Shown: piece after piece, positions 27,506 to 36,326 of the stretch
Numbering within the stretch: position 1 is the stretch's first letter
Layout of the letters: the number at the start of each line of letters is the position of its first letter
Virus record (IMG/VR): IMGVR_UViG_3300047160_025247
Direction: 5' to 3' (one strand)
Length of the DNA: 64,000 nucleotides
Source of the DNA: a virus
Notes under the pieces: generated by a model
What the model was told of the DNA's origin: nothing
What the model saw: the letters and a program-made list of their open reading frames with translations, nothing else
Database searches by the model: none
Position numbers and translations under genes: made by a program

Positions 27506-27709
27506 TCAGCGGTGCGGCTGCTTGATCTTGCGGAGCTTGCCGCCGACCTTCAGCCAGACGCGGCCGTTCTTCCAGACCAGCTTGTACTTGCGGGCCAGCT
27601 TGGCGCCGCGACGGCGCTTAGCGGCCTTGGAAGCGGCGGTGGCGACCTTGCGCTTGAAGGTCACGCGGACCTTCTTGCGACCGTGATGGAACGTGACTCG
27701 AACAGCCAT
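27506..27709 (-). CDS. very basic 67-aa protein, putative DNA-condensing core protein
   Basis: Very Lys/Arg-rich with no acidic residues; AGGAG RBS. Confidence 0.65.
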   Translation of the reverse strand: MAVRVTFHHGRKKVRVTFKRKVATAASKAAKRRRGAKLARKYKLVWKNGRVWLKVGGKLRKIKQPHR

Positions 27710-27737
27710 GACAGACTCCTGGGTGAGGGTGAAGAAA

Positions 27738-28151
27738 TCAGCGACGCCGACGACGGCGCCGACGGGGGTTGGTGGAGGAGCGCAGCTCTTCCTCGTAGTT
27801 CTCGGCGATCTCGGCCGCGGCCTCGCGACGGTCGCTCTTGCTGAACGAGCCGTAGCTGCCGTTGCCCGAACCGCCGAACTCCCTGGTGTACTTCTGCGCG
27901 GCGGCGTCGGCGAGGAAGAGCCAGAGCTTCAGCGCCTTGGCGGCGTCGTACTTGCCGTTCTTGATCTTCTTGCGCAGGTTCACCATGATCGGCTGCGCAC
28001 GCTGCCGGTACAGATCGCCGTCGTTGACCGCGTAGAGCGCCAGCTCGCGAGCGGCCTCCGACGGGTTGCGCCGGCGACGACGCTTCCGGCGCCGCGGCGG
28101 GTTGCCGAGCAAGAGGGAGCCGAAGCCAGCTGCGAGGATGGTGCCGAGCAT
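27738..28151 (-). CDS. NP-delimited protein: hydrophobic N-terminus, poly-Arg, helical phage module, poly-Arg
   Basis: LLLGNPPRRRKRRRRRNP-SEAARELALYAVNDGDLYRQ...-STNPRRRRRRR. Confidence 0.75.
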   Translation of the reverse strand: MLGTILAAGFGSLLLGNPPRRRKRRRRRNPSEAARELALYAVNDGDLYRQRAQPIMVNLRKKIKNGKYDAAKALKLWLFLADAAAQKYTREFGGSGNGSYGSFSKSDRREAAAEIAENYEEELRSSTNPRRRRRRRR

Positions 28152-28161
28152 GAGGTATCCT

Positions 28162-29832
28162 TCAGTGCACGCCGATGATGATGTTCAGCTTCGCCCGCGC
28201 GTTGCCGCAGAGGTGCACGTTGCCACCCTTGCCTGCCCGCTGCTTGTCCAACTCCTTCATCCGCTCGGCGACGTGCATCTCTTCGAGCAGCTTGGTGTCG
28301 TCCAGGCGCGCCGCGGCGATGACCTTCTCGTGCTGCGGGATCGCCGTGTTCGGGCAGCTGCCGCAGGCGATCGGACACGGGACTTCGCCGGGGCCCTTCA
28401 CCGCGGTGAGGAAGGCGTAGGTCGACGCCTGCACGATCGGTCCCGGTACCATCGTCGGCTCGCCGATCGCGTTGCGGACACGCTCCAGCGTGCGACTGCC
28501 CTTGGATTCGAGGTCGTGTACCGTCGCCACGTAGTCGTTGTAAGACGCGGCGAGGTCGGGGTTCGCGTGTGTGATCAGCGCGCCCAGGCGCGAGCGCAGC
28601 GCTTCTACGGCTGACGCCTTGCGTCCGGCGGACATGCTGCTGTTCGCCACCGCGGCGACGCGTTTGGTGTAGGCGGCCCACACCTTCTCACCGCGCACCT
28701 TGGTCATCGCCTTCCACAGCAGGCGCTCCATCGGGTCGATTGCGATGTACTCGCCGCGGGCGATCGGGAGCGCACGCATCTTGGCGAGCATCGCCGGGTC
28801 GCGGTAGTAGCGGCTGCCGCTGGAGATGTTGAGCACGTAGTTGGTCGGCCAGTAGCTGGCGCCGTTCTTCTCGTGCACCGAGAGGAACTCCGGCCACGAC
28901 TTCGAGTAGCCGTACACCGTGATGCCTTTGGCGCCGAGCGCGCGAACACCTTCCATCCACGTTTCGATCGCCGCGGCGCTGCGGAAATCGCCGTCGACGA
29001 ACAGGCGCATGATCTTCACGCCTTTCTTGGCGTTCAGCTTCAGCATGCGATCGACGACGGTGGCGACATGCAGCGTGGGGTCGACGCTCATGCCGAGCGT
29101 GAGCGTGTAGAGGCGGTAGCAGACGGTCGGGTTGCGCAGCGCCTTCAGCGAGTAGCAGAACGACGCGCAGCCGTTGATGTCGACGCCCTGCGACGCGTTG
29201 GCCGCACCGAGCGCACTGCCGCCGAGCTGCGCGAACTTCGCCGCGACGCCGCCGGCGCCGGGGCAGGTGACGACCGGCATCTCGGAGTAGGCGGCGAAGG
29301 GGAGCTTGACGTTGCCGTCCTCGGCGAGCGCGCAGCGCGCGACGTCGTCCCACAGCGGGATCGGGCGTCCCTTGTACTTCGTGCGCTCGCCCTTGGTCGC
29401 GGCGCTGCGCACCGGCGCCTGACCGGCGACGAGGCAGTCGACGTACTCGGCGAGCTTCTCGTAGACGTTCACGAAGGTGACGCCTGCGGTATCACCCTTG
29501 CTGCGCGAGCGCGCGAACGATGCGAGCTTGCGGCAGAGAATGGCCGCCGACGACCACTCGCGGTTCACGATCAGCCCGGCGACGGCGAGCGCAGCGTAGG
29601 TCGGGATCACGACCTTGGCGTCTGGCGTCTGGTAGGCGAGGATCGCTGCTTCCTGCTCGGTGGTCAGCGGCGGGTTCGTCCGCACGCGCTTCCTGAAGTC
29701 CGCCTTGGCGATCTTCCGCGCCCGCGCCGGGTTGTAGAACGGCGAGAACGGCGAGTAGAGGCGGCCGGATCCACCCATGGAGGCCGAGGCCTCGCTCGTG
29801 TTGCCGACGGGCTGCGCGAGGTCACTTGGCAT
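28162..29832 (-). CDS. GP88-like Cys-rich protein with an NP-containing basic N-terminal leader
   Basis: TCPGAG...CASFCYSLK, RLFVDGDF, YGYSKS, NYVLNISS, CPIACGSC...HLCG...IIIGVH. Confidence 0.65.
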   Translation of the reverse strand: MPSDLAQPVGNTSEASASMGGSGRLYSPFSPFYNPARARKIAKADFRKRVRTNPPLTTEQEAAILAYQTPDAKVVIPTYAALAVAGLIVNREWSSAAILCRKLASFARSRSKGDTAGVTFVNVYEKLAEYVDCLVAGQAPVRSAATKGERTKYKGRPIPLWDDVARCALAEDGNVKLPFAAYSEMPVVTCPGAGGVAAKFAQLGGSALGAANASQGVDINGCASFCYSLKALRNPTVCYRLYTLTLGMSVDPTLHVATVVDRMLKLNAKKGVKIMRLFVDGDFRSAAAIETWMEGVRALGAKGITVYGYSKSWPEFLSVHEKNGASYWPTNYVLNISSGSRYYRDPAMLAKMRALPIARGEYIAIDPMERLLWKAMTKVRGEKVWAAYTKRVAAVANSSMSAGRKASAVEALRSRLGALITHANPDLAASYNDYVATVHDLESKGSRTLERVRNAIGEPTMVPGPIVQASTYAFLTAVKGPGEVPCPIACGSCPNTAIPQHEKVIAAARLDDTKLLEEMHVAERMKELDKQRAGKGGNVHLCGNARAKLNIIIGVH

Positions 29833-29837
29833 GGTGA

Positions 29838-30299
29838 TCAGAGCCCGTATTGCGCGGCGAGCGCCTTGTTCTGGTTGCGGATCATGTAGTACGCGAGACC
29901 GATCGCGCCGCCGGCGAGCAGCGTGCCGATCAGCGCCTTGTTGTCGCGCACCGACGCGGGCAGCTGGTTGAACTGCGAGGCGAGCTTGGCCTTGGTCGCC
30001 GGGTTGGTCGACATCGTCAGCACGGTGCCGGTGAGACCGACGCTCATGCCGATGATCGCGAGCGCCTTGCCGAGCGCATCCTGCTTCGCCTGCTGCGGCG
30101 AGAGCGTCATGCTGATGCCCGACTTCCGCTGCACCGCGGCGCGGATCGCCGGGTTGGCGGCGAGCACCATCAGGCCGCCGATGATGCCGACGGTGGCGCC
30201 GGCGAGGCTGAGCGTGCGACCGAGTGCTTCGCGCTTCGTGTCGTCCGCCGAGAGCTTCAGCTGCACCGGCTTGGTTATGTCGGGGACCAGGAAACCCAC
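29838..30299 (-). CDS. membrane protein with three hydrophobic segments (internal duplication)
   Basis: Two similar ALG(R/K).L...G.T.G....NPA units; GAGGT RBS before GTG. Confidence 0.7.
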   Translation of the reverse strand: MGFLVPDITKPVQLKLSADDTKREALGRTLSLAGATVGIIGGLMVLAANPAIRAAVQRKSGISMTLSPQQAKQDALGKALAIIGMSVGLTGTVLTMSTNPATKAKLASQFNQLPASVRDNKALIGTLLAGGAIGLAYYMIRNQNKALAAQYGL

Positions 30300-30306
30300 G
30301 ACGACC

Positions 30307-31002
30307 TCAGCGCATCTTCAGGAGCAGACCCACACCGATGACCGCTGCGGCCGTGATCATCAGCGTCTTCATCGCACTGGCACCGGCCGCTGCGGCCTGC
30401 GCGCCGGCGTTCGCCGGGATGTCGCCGTCGGCCAGCTCGGGCGCGGTGAGGTAGCCGACCGCGACCATGTCGCCGTCGTCCTCCTCGCCGAAGCCCGGCA
30501 TGAAGCCGGAATTGGGCGCCATCGGGCGCGAGCGCGCCGGCGTGCCCATGATGCGCGGCTTCTGCACCTTGCGCAGCTTCGGCGCGCGATGCGCGCGGGC
30601 GCGGGCGTGGCCGGCGAGATCGGTGTCGTCTCCCATGCCCGGCATGAAGGTGCCGGCGAGGTCACCGAACATCGACTCGATGTCGCCCATACCCGGCATG
30701 AACTTGCCGCCGTGGGACGGGAGGCGGTTCGTCACCGGCTGCGCGACCTTGCGATCGAGCGGGATCCGCATCGAGCGATCCATGTGCGGGGTGATGTTGC
30801 GCGCCTTCGGCGCCGGGACGCGAGCGCCGAGCGGGATGCTCAGCGACTGCGCGCCGAGGTCGCCCATGCCCGGCACCATCGGCCCGTGCGGCACCGGCAT
30901 CTGGTGCGACATCCGCGGTGTGATGTTCTTGTCCATCCGCGGCGTGATGCTGCGACTGTGGGTGGCGGCGCGCAGATGGGTCGCAAGGCGGTTGCGGTGC
31001 AT
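30307..31002 (-). CDS. repeat-containing protein with four PG[MF]G motifs and C-terminal TM anchor
   Basis: VPGMGD, MPGMGD x2, MPGFGE; (N/S)ITP(R/H)M x3; ends AAAVIGVGLLLKMR. Confidence 0.75.
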   Translation of the reverse strand: MHRNRLATHLRAATHSRSITPRMDKNITPRMSHQMPVPHGPMVPGMGDLGAQSLSIPLGARVPAPKARNITPHMDRSMRIPLDRKVAQPVTNRLPSHGGKFMPGMGDIESMFGDLAGTFMPGMGDDTDLAGHARARAHRAPKLRKVQKPRIMGTPARSRPMAPNSGFMPGFGEEDDGDMVAVGYLTAPELADGDIPANAGAQAAAAGASAMKTLMITAAAVIGVGLLLKMR

Positions 31003-31037
31003 GGCAGTTTTTCCTTGACGTGAACGGTGTTACTCTA

Positions 31038-31055
31038 TGTCCGTTTTATCGGTCA
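31038..31055. promoter_or_regulatory. TGTCCG-N6-CGGACA-type site (1 mismatch)
   Basis: TGTCCG-TTTTAT-CGGTCA, 35 nt upstream of the 31002 ATG. Confidence 0.65.
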
Positions 31056-31060
31056 GCAAC

Positions 31061-32152
31061 TCACTTATTCAGCCAGAAAAACCCGCCAATCAGTGCGAGC
31101 GTGCTGAGCAGACCGCCGCCCCCGGATGCTGGTGCGGAAATGGGCGCCTGAGCGACTGCGGTCTGAGCATCGGCGAGCAGCTGCGGGTTAGCGCGGATCG
31201 CCTTGGCGAGCGCGTTCCGGACCCCACTGCGGTACTGAGCACCGTCGAGCGTGGCTTCGATCTGCGCGATGCGCGTCGCGATCTGAGCCTTCCCTTGTGC
31301 GACCAGCTGATAGGCACGCTTGCGCACCTGATCTTCCTGACTCAGACCTGTGATCAGCCGGAACGGGTAGCCGTGCATGACGCGAACACCCATGACCGGA
31401 TCGGCGAGCATCGCCTCGGCCTGCTGCGTCGCGTGATCCATGTGCTGTTTCCATTCCGCGTCGAAGTGGTTGAGCTTGTCCGCCGTCTTGTCCTGCCCGA
31501 GCACCTTGGCGATCATGACCCACGACTTGATCGTCTGATCACCAGCCCAGCGCAGCGGCGCTGCGTTCATCTGCACGAGCGGCTTCGCGATCGGCTTCGC
31601 GACCACGCGAGCTGCGTCAGTGATCGCCTTGCCGGCGTTGTTCCACGCGTCGCGCAGCCAGCCATCGAGCGGCTGATTCGAGACCGCGAGGCGCTGCGCC
31701 GCGGGCCACTCGTCGCTGGTGACCTGAATCGCCTTCGCCGAAGCTTCGACCTCCTTGGCCTCGCCGTAGTTGCTCAGCTCATTGATCGACGCGTTCACGA
31801 TCTCCTGGATCTTGCGCTTCACGTAGGGACCGGTGAACAGCTTGATGAGCGCGATCAGCGCGGCGATGATGGCGAGGATCCAACCGATCGGCGTCTCTGA
31901 CGTCGCGAGCGCGGCAACGCTCAGACCGGTCGACAGCGCGACGGACTTCGCCGCCTCTTCGATCACGGCGCGCTTCAACGCGATCACCTGATCGTGGACC
32001 GCGTCTCCACCGCCGCCCGGCTGCGACATCGCGGCCGAAGCCTGCGTCTGCGTCACCGACAGCTGTGCTTGCTCTTCGGGTGAGAGCGCGTCGTCGCCAA
32101 GCCATGCGCCGTGCGGATCCTCGTCGAACACCTCGTCGAACGAGTAGTCCAT
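31061..32152 (-). CDS. helical membrane protein with internal and C-terminal TM segments
   Basis: IGWILAIIAALIALIKLF; ends GLLSTLALIGGFFWLNK. Confidence 0.75.
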   Translation of the reverse strand: MDYSFDEVFDEDPHGAWLGDDALSPEEQAQLSVTQTQASAAMSQPGGGGDAVHDQVIALKRAVIEEAAKSVALSTGLSVAALATSETPIGWILAIIAALIALIKLFTGPYVKRKIQEIVNASINELSNYGEAKEVEASAKAIQVTSDEWPAAQRLAVSNQPLDGWLRDAWNNAGKAITDAARVVAKPIAKPLVQMNAAPLRWAGDQTIKSWVMIAKVLGQDKTADKLNHFDAEWKQHMDHATQQAEAMLADPVMGVRVMHGYPFRLITGLSQEDQVRKRAYQLVAQGKAQIATRIAQIEATLDGAQYRSGVRNALAKAIRANPQLLADAQTAVAQAPISAPASGGGGLLSTLALIGGFFWLNK

Positions 32153-32155
32153 CGC

Positions 32156-32629
32156 TCACTTCCGCCGGAGCAGGAAAAATCCACCGAGGAGCACCGCGCC
32201 CAGGACGGCCGCGCCGATCATCAGCTCCTTCTTCGTGCCGCTGTTGTCGGCCGGCTTCTGCGCAGCCTGTACGGCCGCGTTCACCGCCTGCTGAGCTTCG
32301 GCCGCTTGCTGCTGTGCCGCCGCGGCCTGCTGCTGCGCTGCGGCGCTCGCCGCCTTCTGATCCTTCGAGTCGATCTTCGCCTGGCGCACGGCCATGAAGG
32401 TGCCCGTGAGCGCGGTCAAGGCGTTGATGGCGTTGGTGATCGTCGAGACAGTGCTCGCGGTGCTCGCCGCGGTCGCGGCTTCCTCACCGTAGCCGAGCGC
32501 ACCGAGGCTCGGGTTGTCGAGCGTGATGCTGCTGGCGAAGGGTCCGTTGGCGTGCCGAATGTAGACCGGGTCGCCACCGTGGAACGCGGTCGACCGGCTC
32601 GGGAAGGCAACTGTCCGCTGGTACGCCAT
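32156..32629 (-). CDS. membrane protein with Q/A-rich helix and C-terminal TM anchor
   Basis: Likely start MAYQRT; SLGALGYG; ends VLGAVLLGGFFLLRRK. Confidence 0.7.
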   Translation of the reverse strand: MAYQRTVAFPSRSTAFHGGDPVYIRHANGPFASSITLDNPSLGALGYGEEAATAASTASTVSTITNAINALTALTGTFMAVRQAKIDSKDQKAASAAAQQQAAAAQQQAAEAQQAVNAAVQAAQKPADNSGTKKELMIGAAVLGAVLLGGFFLLRRK

Positions 32630-32678
32630 GCCGGAGTATGGCGTGTCCGTTCTTTCGGGCAACGCCCGCTCGCAACCC

Positions 32679-33002
32679 CTACTCTTCGACGACCTCGTCC
32701 TCGCCGAGCTGGGTGAAATTGGGGTCATCGACTTCCCCCGGCGGCCGGCGCGGCGCCTGCTGCGGCTCTTCATCCCCATCGAGCTGGTTTGTCTGCTTGG
32801 GCGCGCCTTGCTCCTGCGACCCGAAGCAGCCGGCGCATTCGATCTGATCGTTCGGGCGCTTGTCCGCGGCCTGCACGACGGAACCAGGCCGGACGTCGGG
32901 GTGCGGACGGAGCGCGAGCTTGAGTCCGCAGACGGCTTCCCACTTCACCGATCCGTCGGCGAGGCGCTCCAGAGGCTTGCTGAGCTGGTGGAAGGTGGTC
33001 AT
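32679..33002 (-). CDS. hypothetical protein with Cys motifs and acidic tail
   Basis: AVCG...ECAGC; start coupled to the upstream stop. Confidence 0.55.
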   Translation of the reverse strand: MTTFHQLSKPLERLADGSVKWEAVCGLKLALRPHPDVRPGSVVQAADKRPNDQIECAGCFGSQEQGAPKQTNQLDGDEEPQQAPRRPPGEVDDPNFTQLGEDEVVEE

Positions 33003-33130
33003 CGCTTGTCGTCCTTCCACTGGCGCAGCCAGCGGCCGATGAAGAAGGTGAGAAGGCACACTGCCGCCGTCTGCACGAGGAAGCCCGCGGTGGCGAGCCA
33101 CGAGGGCTCGGGAGGCTGCGACATCAGCAT
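32999..33130 (-). CDS. 43-aa single-TM protein
   Basis: WLATAGFLVQTAAVCLLTFFIGRWLR; GGAGAG RBS. Confidence 0.5.
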   Translation of the reverse strand: MLMSQPPEPSWLATAGFLVQTAAVCLLTFFIGRWLRQWKDDKR

Positions 33131-33786
33131 GACGCTCTCCTCTTGGTGGCGATCTTGTCTATGATAAGTCCCGCGAGGTGCTCGCCGACTTCCTGCGGCG
33201 ACCAACGGTCCAGGTGCACCGTCTTCTCAATGTACTTCGGGTCCGGCGGCATCGCCGAAGGATGGTTGCACGGGTAGGTGAGGCCGGCGCGCATCAGCTC
33301 GAAGTTGACGTCGGTCGCTTCGAACTCAGGCCCGTGGCGCGCGTCGTCGAACACGACGACACCGGTGATCGGCATCTCGGAGCCGTTGAGGAACTTCGGC
33401 AGCGGGTTGAACGCGCGGTGCACCCAGTGATCGACACCGAAGAACTGCCGCACGCCTTCGCCGTGCCACTCCAGGATTTCGCGCGGCGTCTTGCCGAGCA
33501 CGCATGGGTTGGAAGTTTCCTGCTCCGTCAGCGGCCGGTCCTTCACCGACTGATCGCGCAGGATCTCGACCGGCACGCCGGTGACGATGGAAACCGACTC
33601 GTAGAGCGGCCCGGCGAAGGAGCGCACCTCCATCGGCACGGCGTAGTGCTGCAGAGCACGCTTGAGCGCCGCCGCGGTCGTCGACTTACCGACCTTCTTC
33701 GGTCCCGCGAGGCCGACGACGAACGTCAGCGGATCGGCGCGGACGACCGGGTTACGCTTCAACTCGCCGGAGATGCCGTCGTTCAT
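33124..33786 (-). CDS. deoxynucleoside monophosphate kinase
   Basis: VGLAGPKKVGKST, SFAGPL, TPREILEWHGE..R, VVFDDAR..PE. Confidence 0.85.
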   Translation of the reverse strand: MNDGISGELKRNPVVRADPLTFVVGLAGPKKVGKSTTAAALKRALQHYAVPMEVRSFAGPLYESVSIVTGVPVEILRDQSVKDRPLTEQETSNPCVLGKTPREILEWHGEGVRQFFGVDHWVHRAFNPLPKFLNGSEMPITGVVVFDDARHGPEFEATDVNFELMRAGLTYPCNHPSAMPPDPKYIEKTVHLDRWSPQEVGEHLAGLIIDKIATKRRASC

Positions 33787-34208
33787 GTCTGGTCTCCCTC
33801 GGCCGACGGCAGCGGCATGTTGAGCACCTCGGAAACGAAGGTCTGCAGCGCCATCACGTAGGACTGCTTCGCGACGCCGATGTTCACGAAGACGAAGGTG
33901 CCCTTCATCTGCGCGATGATGTCCTTCGGCGGGTTCTTGGGGTCGAACGCGACGCCCTTGTCCATCGCGATCTTGGCGGTAATGCTCTTCGGCACCGTCA
34001 CCACGAGCCCGGTGGTGTTGTCCTTGCCGTGCTCGCGGATGATGTGGTCGAGCGTCTCGGGGTAGAGGATCACATCCCACGGCTCGTTGTCGACGACGGT
34101 GCTGCCGAGGAGAAAACCACCCTCAGGAATGCCGGGCACCGGCTCGACGGCGGGCAGCTGCTGGCCGTGGTAGCCGTGGCGGCGGAACTTGCGATCGAGG
34201 TTGCTCAC
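33783..34208 (-). CDS. hypothetical protein
   Basis: Operon coupling and codon bias. Confidence 0.65.
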   Translation of the reverse strand: MSNLDRKFRRHGYHGQQLPAVEPVPGIPEGGFLLGSTVVDNEPWDVILYPETLDHIIREHGKDNTTGLVVTVPKSITAKIAMDKGVAFDPKNPPKDIIAQMKGTFVFVNIGVAKQSYVMALQTFVSEVLNMPLPSAEGDQT

Positions 34209-34417
34209 GGCTTCTTGTTCTCCGGGGCGACGACCTTGCCGCAGTCGACGCAGATGTCGTGCACGTAGATACGCGGACGCTCGGTCGGATCCATCGCCTG
34301 CCAGAGCGTCGCCATGTCGTTGCCAGCGCCGATCGGCTGTTGGGTGTAGCGCGGCTCGAAGCGGTGCCGAGGTCCGCCCTCAGTGCACCGCTTCGGCCGG
34401 GCGCCGAAGAGCCCCAC
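34205..34417 (-). CDS. small hypothetical protein with H..C..CG motif
   Basis: KRC...H.FEPRY...VHDICVDCGK. Confidence 0.65.
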   Translation of the reverse strand: MGLFGARPKRCTEGGPRHRFEPRYTQQPIGAGNDMATLWQAMDPTERPRIYVHDICVDCGKVVAPENKKP

Positions 34418-34419
34418 GA

Positions 34420-34713
34420 TCAGCCCTTCCGGCGACGACCGGCCTTCTTGCCGCGCTTGCTCTTGCGCTTCGGCTTGTAGTTGGAGCGCTTCAGCTTGAC
34501 CGGCTTCGGGCGCCGGCCGCGCACGAGCTTCACCTTGAAGCCGGTGGCGGTGGCGAGGCCGAGGATCATCTCGAAGGACGGACGCGTGGCCTTGCCCTGC
34601 AGGAGGCGGTTACACGACGAGTAGTCGAGCTTGCCGGTGCCGGCGAGGAGCGTGGCGTCGAGCTTCTGCCGCTTCGCGGCAGCGAGGAGCGTGCGGAGAA
34701 CGGGATGGCGCAT
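34420..34713 (-). CDS. XRE-like HTH protein with very basic C-terminal tail
   Basis: LDYSSCNRLLQGKATRPSFEMILGLA and a Lys/Arg tail. Confidence 0.7.
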   Translation of the reverse strand: MRHPVLRTLLAAAKRQKLDATLLAGTGKLDYSSCNRLLQGKATRPSFEMILGLATATGFKVKLVRGRRPKPVKLKRSNYKPKRKSKRGKKAGRRRKG

Positions 34714-34794
34714 GGAACCCTGGTCCTTGTGATGGGTGAGATGCCGATTCTTGAGTCGCTGAAGCAATTTCCAGCACTATCTTACTGTAACCCG

Positions 34795-34959
34795 CTAGGG
34801 ATCGCGTGGCGGAAGTTTCTCGTAGAAGCTCTCGCGGCGCCGCTCGCGGAAGTCGCTGTACTCGCCCCAGAACAAGAAGAGCAGGAAGAACGCTACCGGC
34901 ACCAGGCACGCCGCGCCGAGGATCATGAGCACCCAGACGATCCAGATCGGCAGCATCAT
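34795..34959 (-). CDS. small membrane protein
   Basis: MMLPIWIVWVLMILGAACLVPVAFFLLFLFW. Confidence 0.6.
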   Translation of the reverse strand: MMLPIWIVWVLMILGAACLVPVAFFLLFLFWGEYSDFRERRRESFYEKLPPRDP

Positions 34960-35333
34960 TGTGTCTTTCCCTCGGCGGCGAGCATCGCGTCGGCCGCCTC
35001 GAATGCGAGTTGTGAAGCCTTCGCGGCGTCGTACCATTGAACGTAGCGTTACATGGCAAGGGCAGCGTAGTATTCACGGATCGTGAGCCCGTAGCTTTGG
35101 TACCCGGTGATTGGGAACGCCGGGCCACCGGTAGGAATCGGCTTCGGCGCGGGCGGCGGAGCTTCAGCGGGGACTGCGTGCACGGGATGCGTCCCGGCGC
35201 GAGCCGCGGCGGCTTCAACGGCAGCTTGCTCCCGCGCATCTTTGGCCGCCTTCGCCTGGTTAGCGCGGAAGACCACCACGCCAACGACGAGGACTGCGAT
35301 GACCGCGATGATGCCGAAGATACGCACGATCAA
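34956..35333 (-). pseudogene. phage GGPAFP...AYxxADAML-type gene interrupted by one in-frame TAA (35049-35051)
   Basis: GGPAFP...GLTIREYYAALAM*RYVQWYDAAKASQLAFEAADAMLAA; the frame continues to a TGA overlapping the next ATG. Confidence 0.65.
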
Positions 35334-35461
35334 CCCCCTTCCTGAGCAACAAGCTTCTTCACATCGTCGACAGCCGCGTCCACAAGCTCCTTCGTCTTTC
35401 GAGGTACTTCTTCCTGCAGCTGCTCTAGTCGAGCGATGATCTTCGTAAGAAGCGTGTTCAT
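35330..35461 (-). CDS. 43-aa helical hypothetical protein (not in the ORF track)
   Basis: MNTLLTKIIARLEQLQEEVPRKTKELVDAAVDDVKKLVAQEGG; stop overlaps the next TTG. Confidence 0.5.
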   Translation of the reverse strand: MNTLLTKIIARLEQLQEEVPRKTKELVDAAVDDVKKLVAQEGG

Positions 35462-35690
35462 AGGTAATTATCCGTAAATTCTGAAGAAAACTATTTGAGC
35501 CGAAAAGTTACGCTGGGTACAGGTGGCGTTACAACGTGGTCCGGGCTCTCGGAGTCTGTTTCCGCGCATCCTCGGCACTGCCAAGGACTTGTGCCGATTT
35601 TCGATGATTCTTTTCGGGGGTTCGGAGGCACAGGAAGGGGTTTCTGAGGAATTTTCTCGTAGTTTCCGCGGGAATTTTTCTTCAGATTTT

Positions 35691-36326
35691 CTACGCCCAG
35701 AAGTCCTCTCGGTGCTCACCGCGGCCGTAGCCGATCGGGTAGCGGTAGCCGGCGAGCGGCTCGTAGACATGCGTGACCGCGAACGGCGGTCGCGTGATCA
35801 CGCCACAGGTCCGCTCGATCTCCGTCAGCACCGAGTCCATCTCCCGCTCCAGCTGCGCGTGCGTTCCGCGCAGCGCGTTCAAAAGCAGGCGGCTTTCGTC
35901 CGCATATAGGCGCAGGAATGGCCGCGGCGCGAGCGACATGTCGCGAAGGTTGTCGATGCGGTCGACGAGCTTGACCACCCGAACCACGTTGGAGCACGAC
36001 GCAATGTGAAGCCGGTCCATCTGCTTCCGCTGCTCACGGCGCATCGCCGGAAAACGCTTCGAGGGGTTGGTCAGGTGGTGCACGAGCCACGCTGTCGGCT
36101 CGCCAAGCGCCCGCTCCAGGTAACCGAAGCTGATGCCGCAGTCCTCCATGGTGTCATGGCAGAAGCCAGCCGCGGCAATGTGCGCGGCGAAGCCCATCTT
36201 GTGCAACCGGGTGCCGACGCGGTCGACGTGGATGAAGTACGGCTGCCCGGTGTACTTCCGCTTCTGCTTCGTGTGCGCGAGCTTCGCGAACCGGCGCGCG
36301 TCCATAACCAAGGGATCGAGCGTCAT
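35691..36326 (-). CDS. stand-alone RelA/SpoT-type HD hydrolase (Mesh1/SAH-like)
   Basis: AH.KQKRK.TGQPYFIH...FCHDTMED...VKLVDRIDNLRD. Confidence 0.85.
   Translation of the reverse strand: MTLDPLVMDARRFAKLAHTKQKRKYTGQPYFIHVDRVGTRLHKMGFAAHIAAAGFCHDTMEDCGISFGYLERALGEPTAWLVHHLTNPSKRFPAMRREQRKQMDRLHIASCSNVVRVVKLVDRIDNLRDMSLAPRPFLRLYADESRLLLNALRGTHAQLEREMDSVLTEIERTCGVITRPPFAVTHVYEPLAGYRYPIGYGRGEHREDFWA

Noticed and set aside
35049-35051. Genome-wide TAA reassignment
   Set aside because: Many well-bounded genes (e.g. 17680, 39694, 44917, 46255) and the tmRNA tag frame end in TAA, so this is a single local event.
35538-35555. Sixth TGTCCG-N6-CGGACA site (GGTCCG-GGCTCT-CGGAGT)
   Set aside because: It has three mismatches and a GC-rich spacer unlike the other five, so it is plausibly chance in high-GC DNA.
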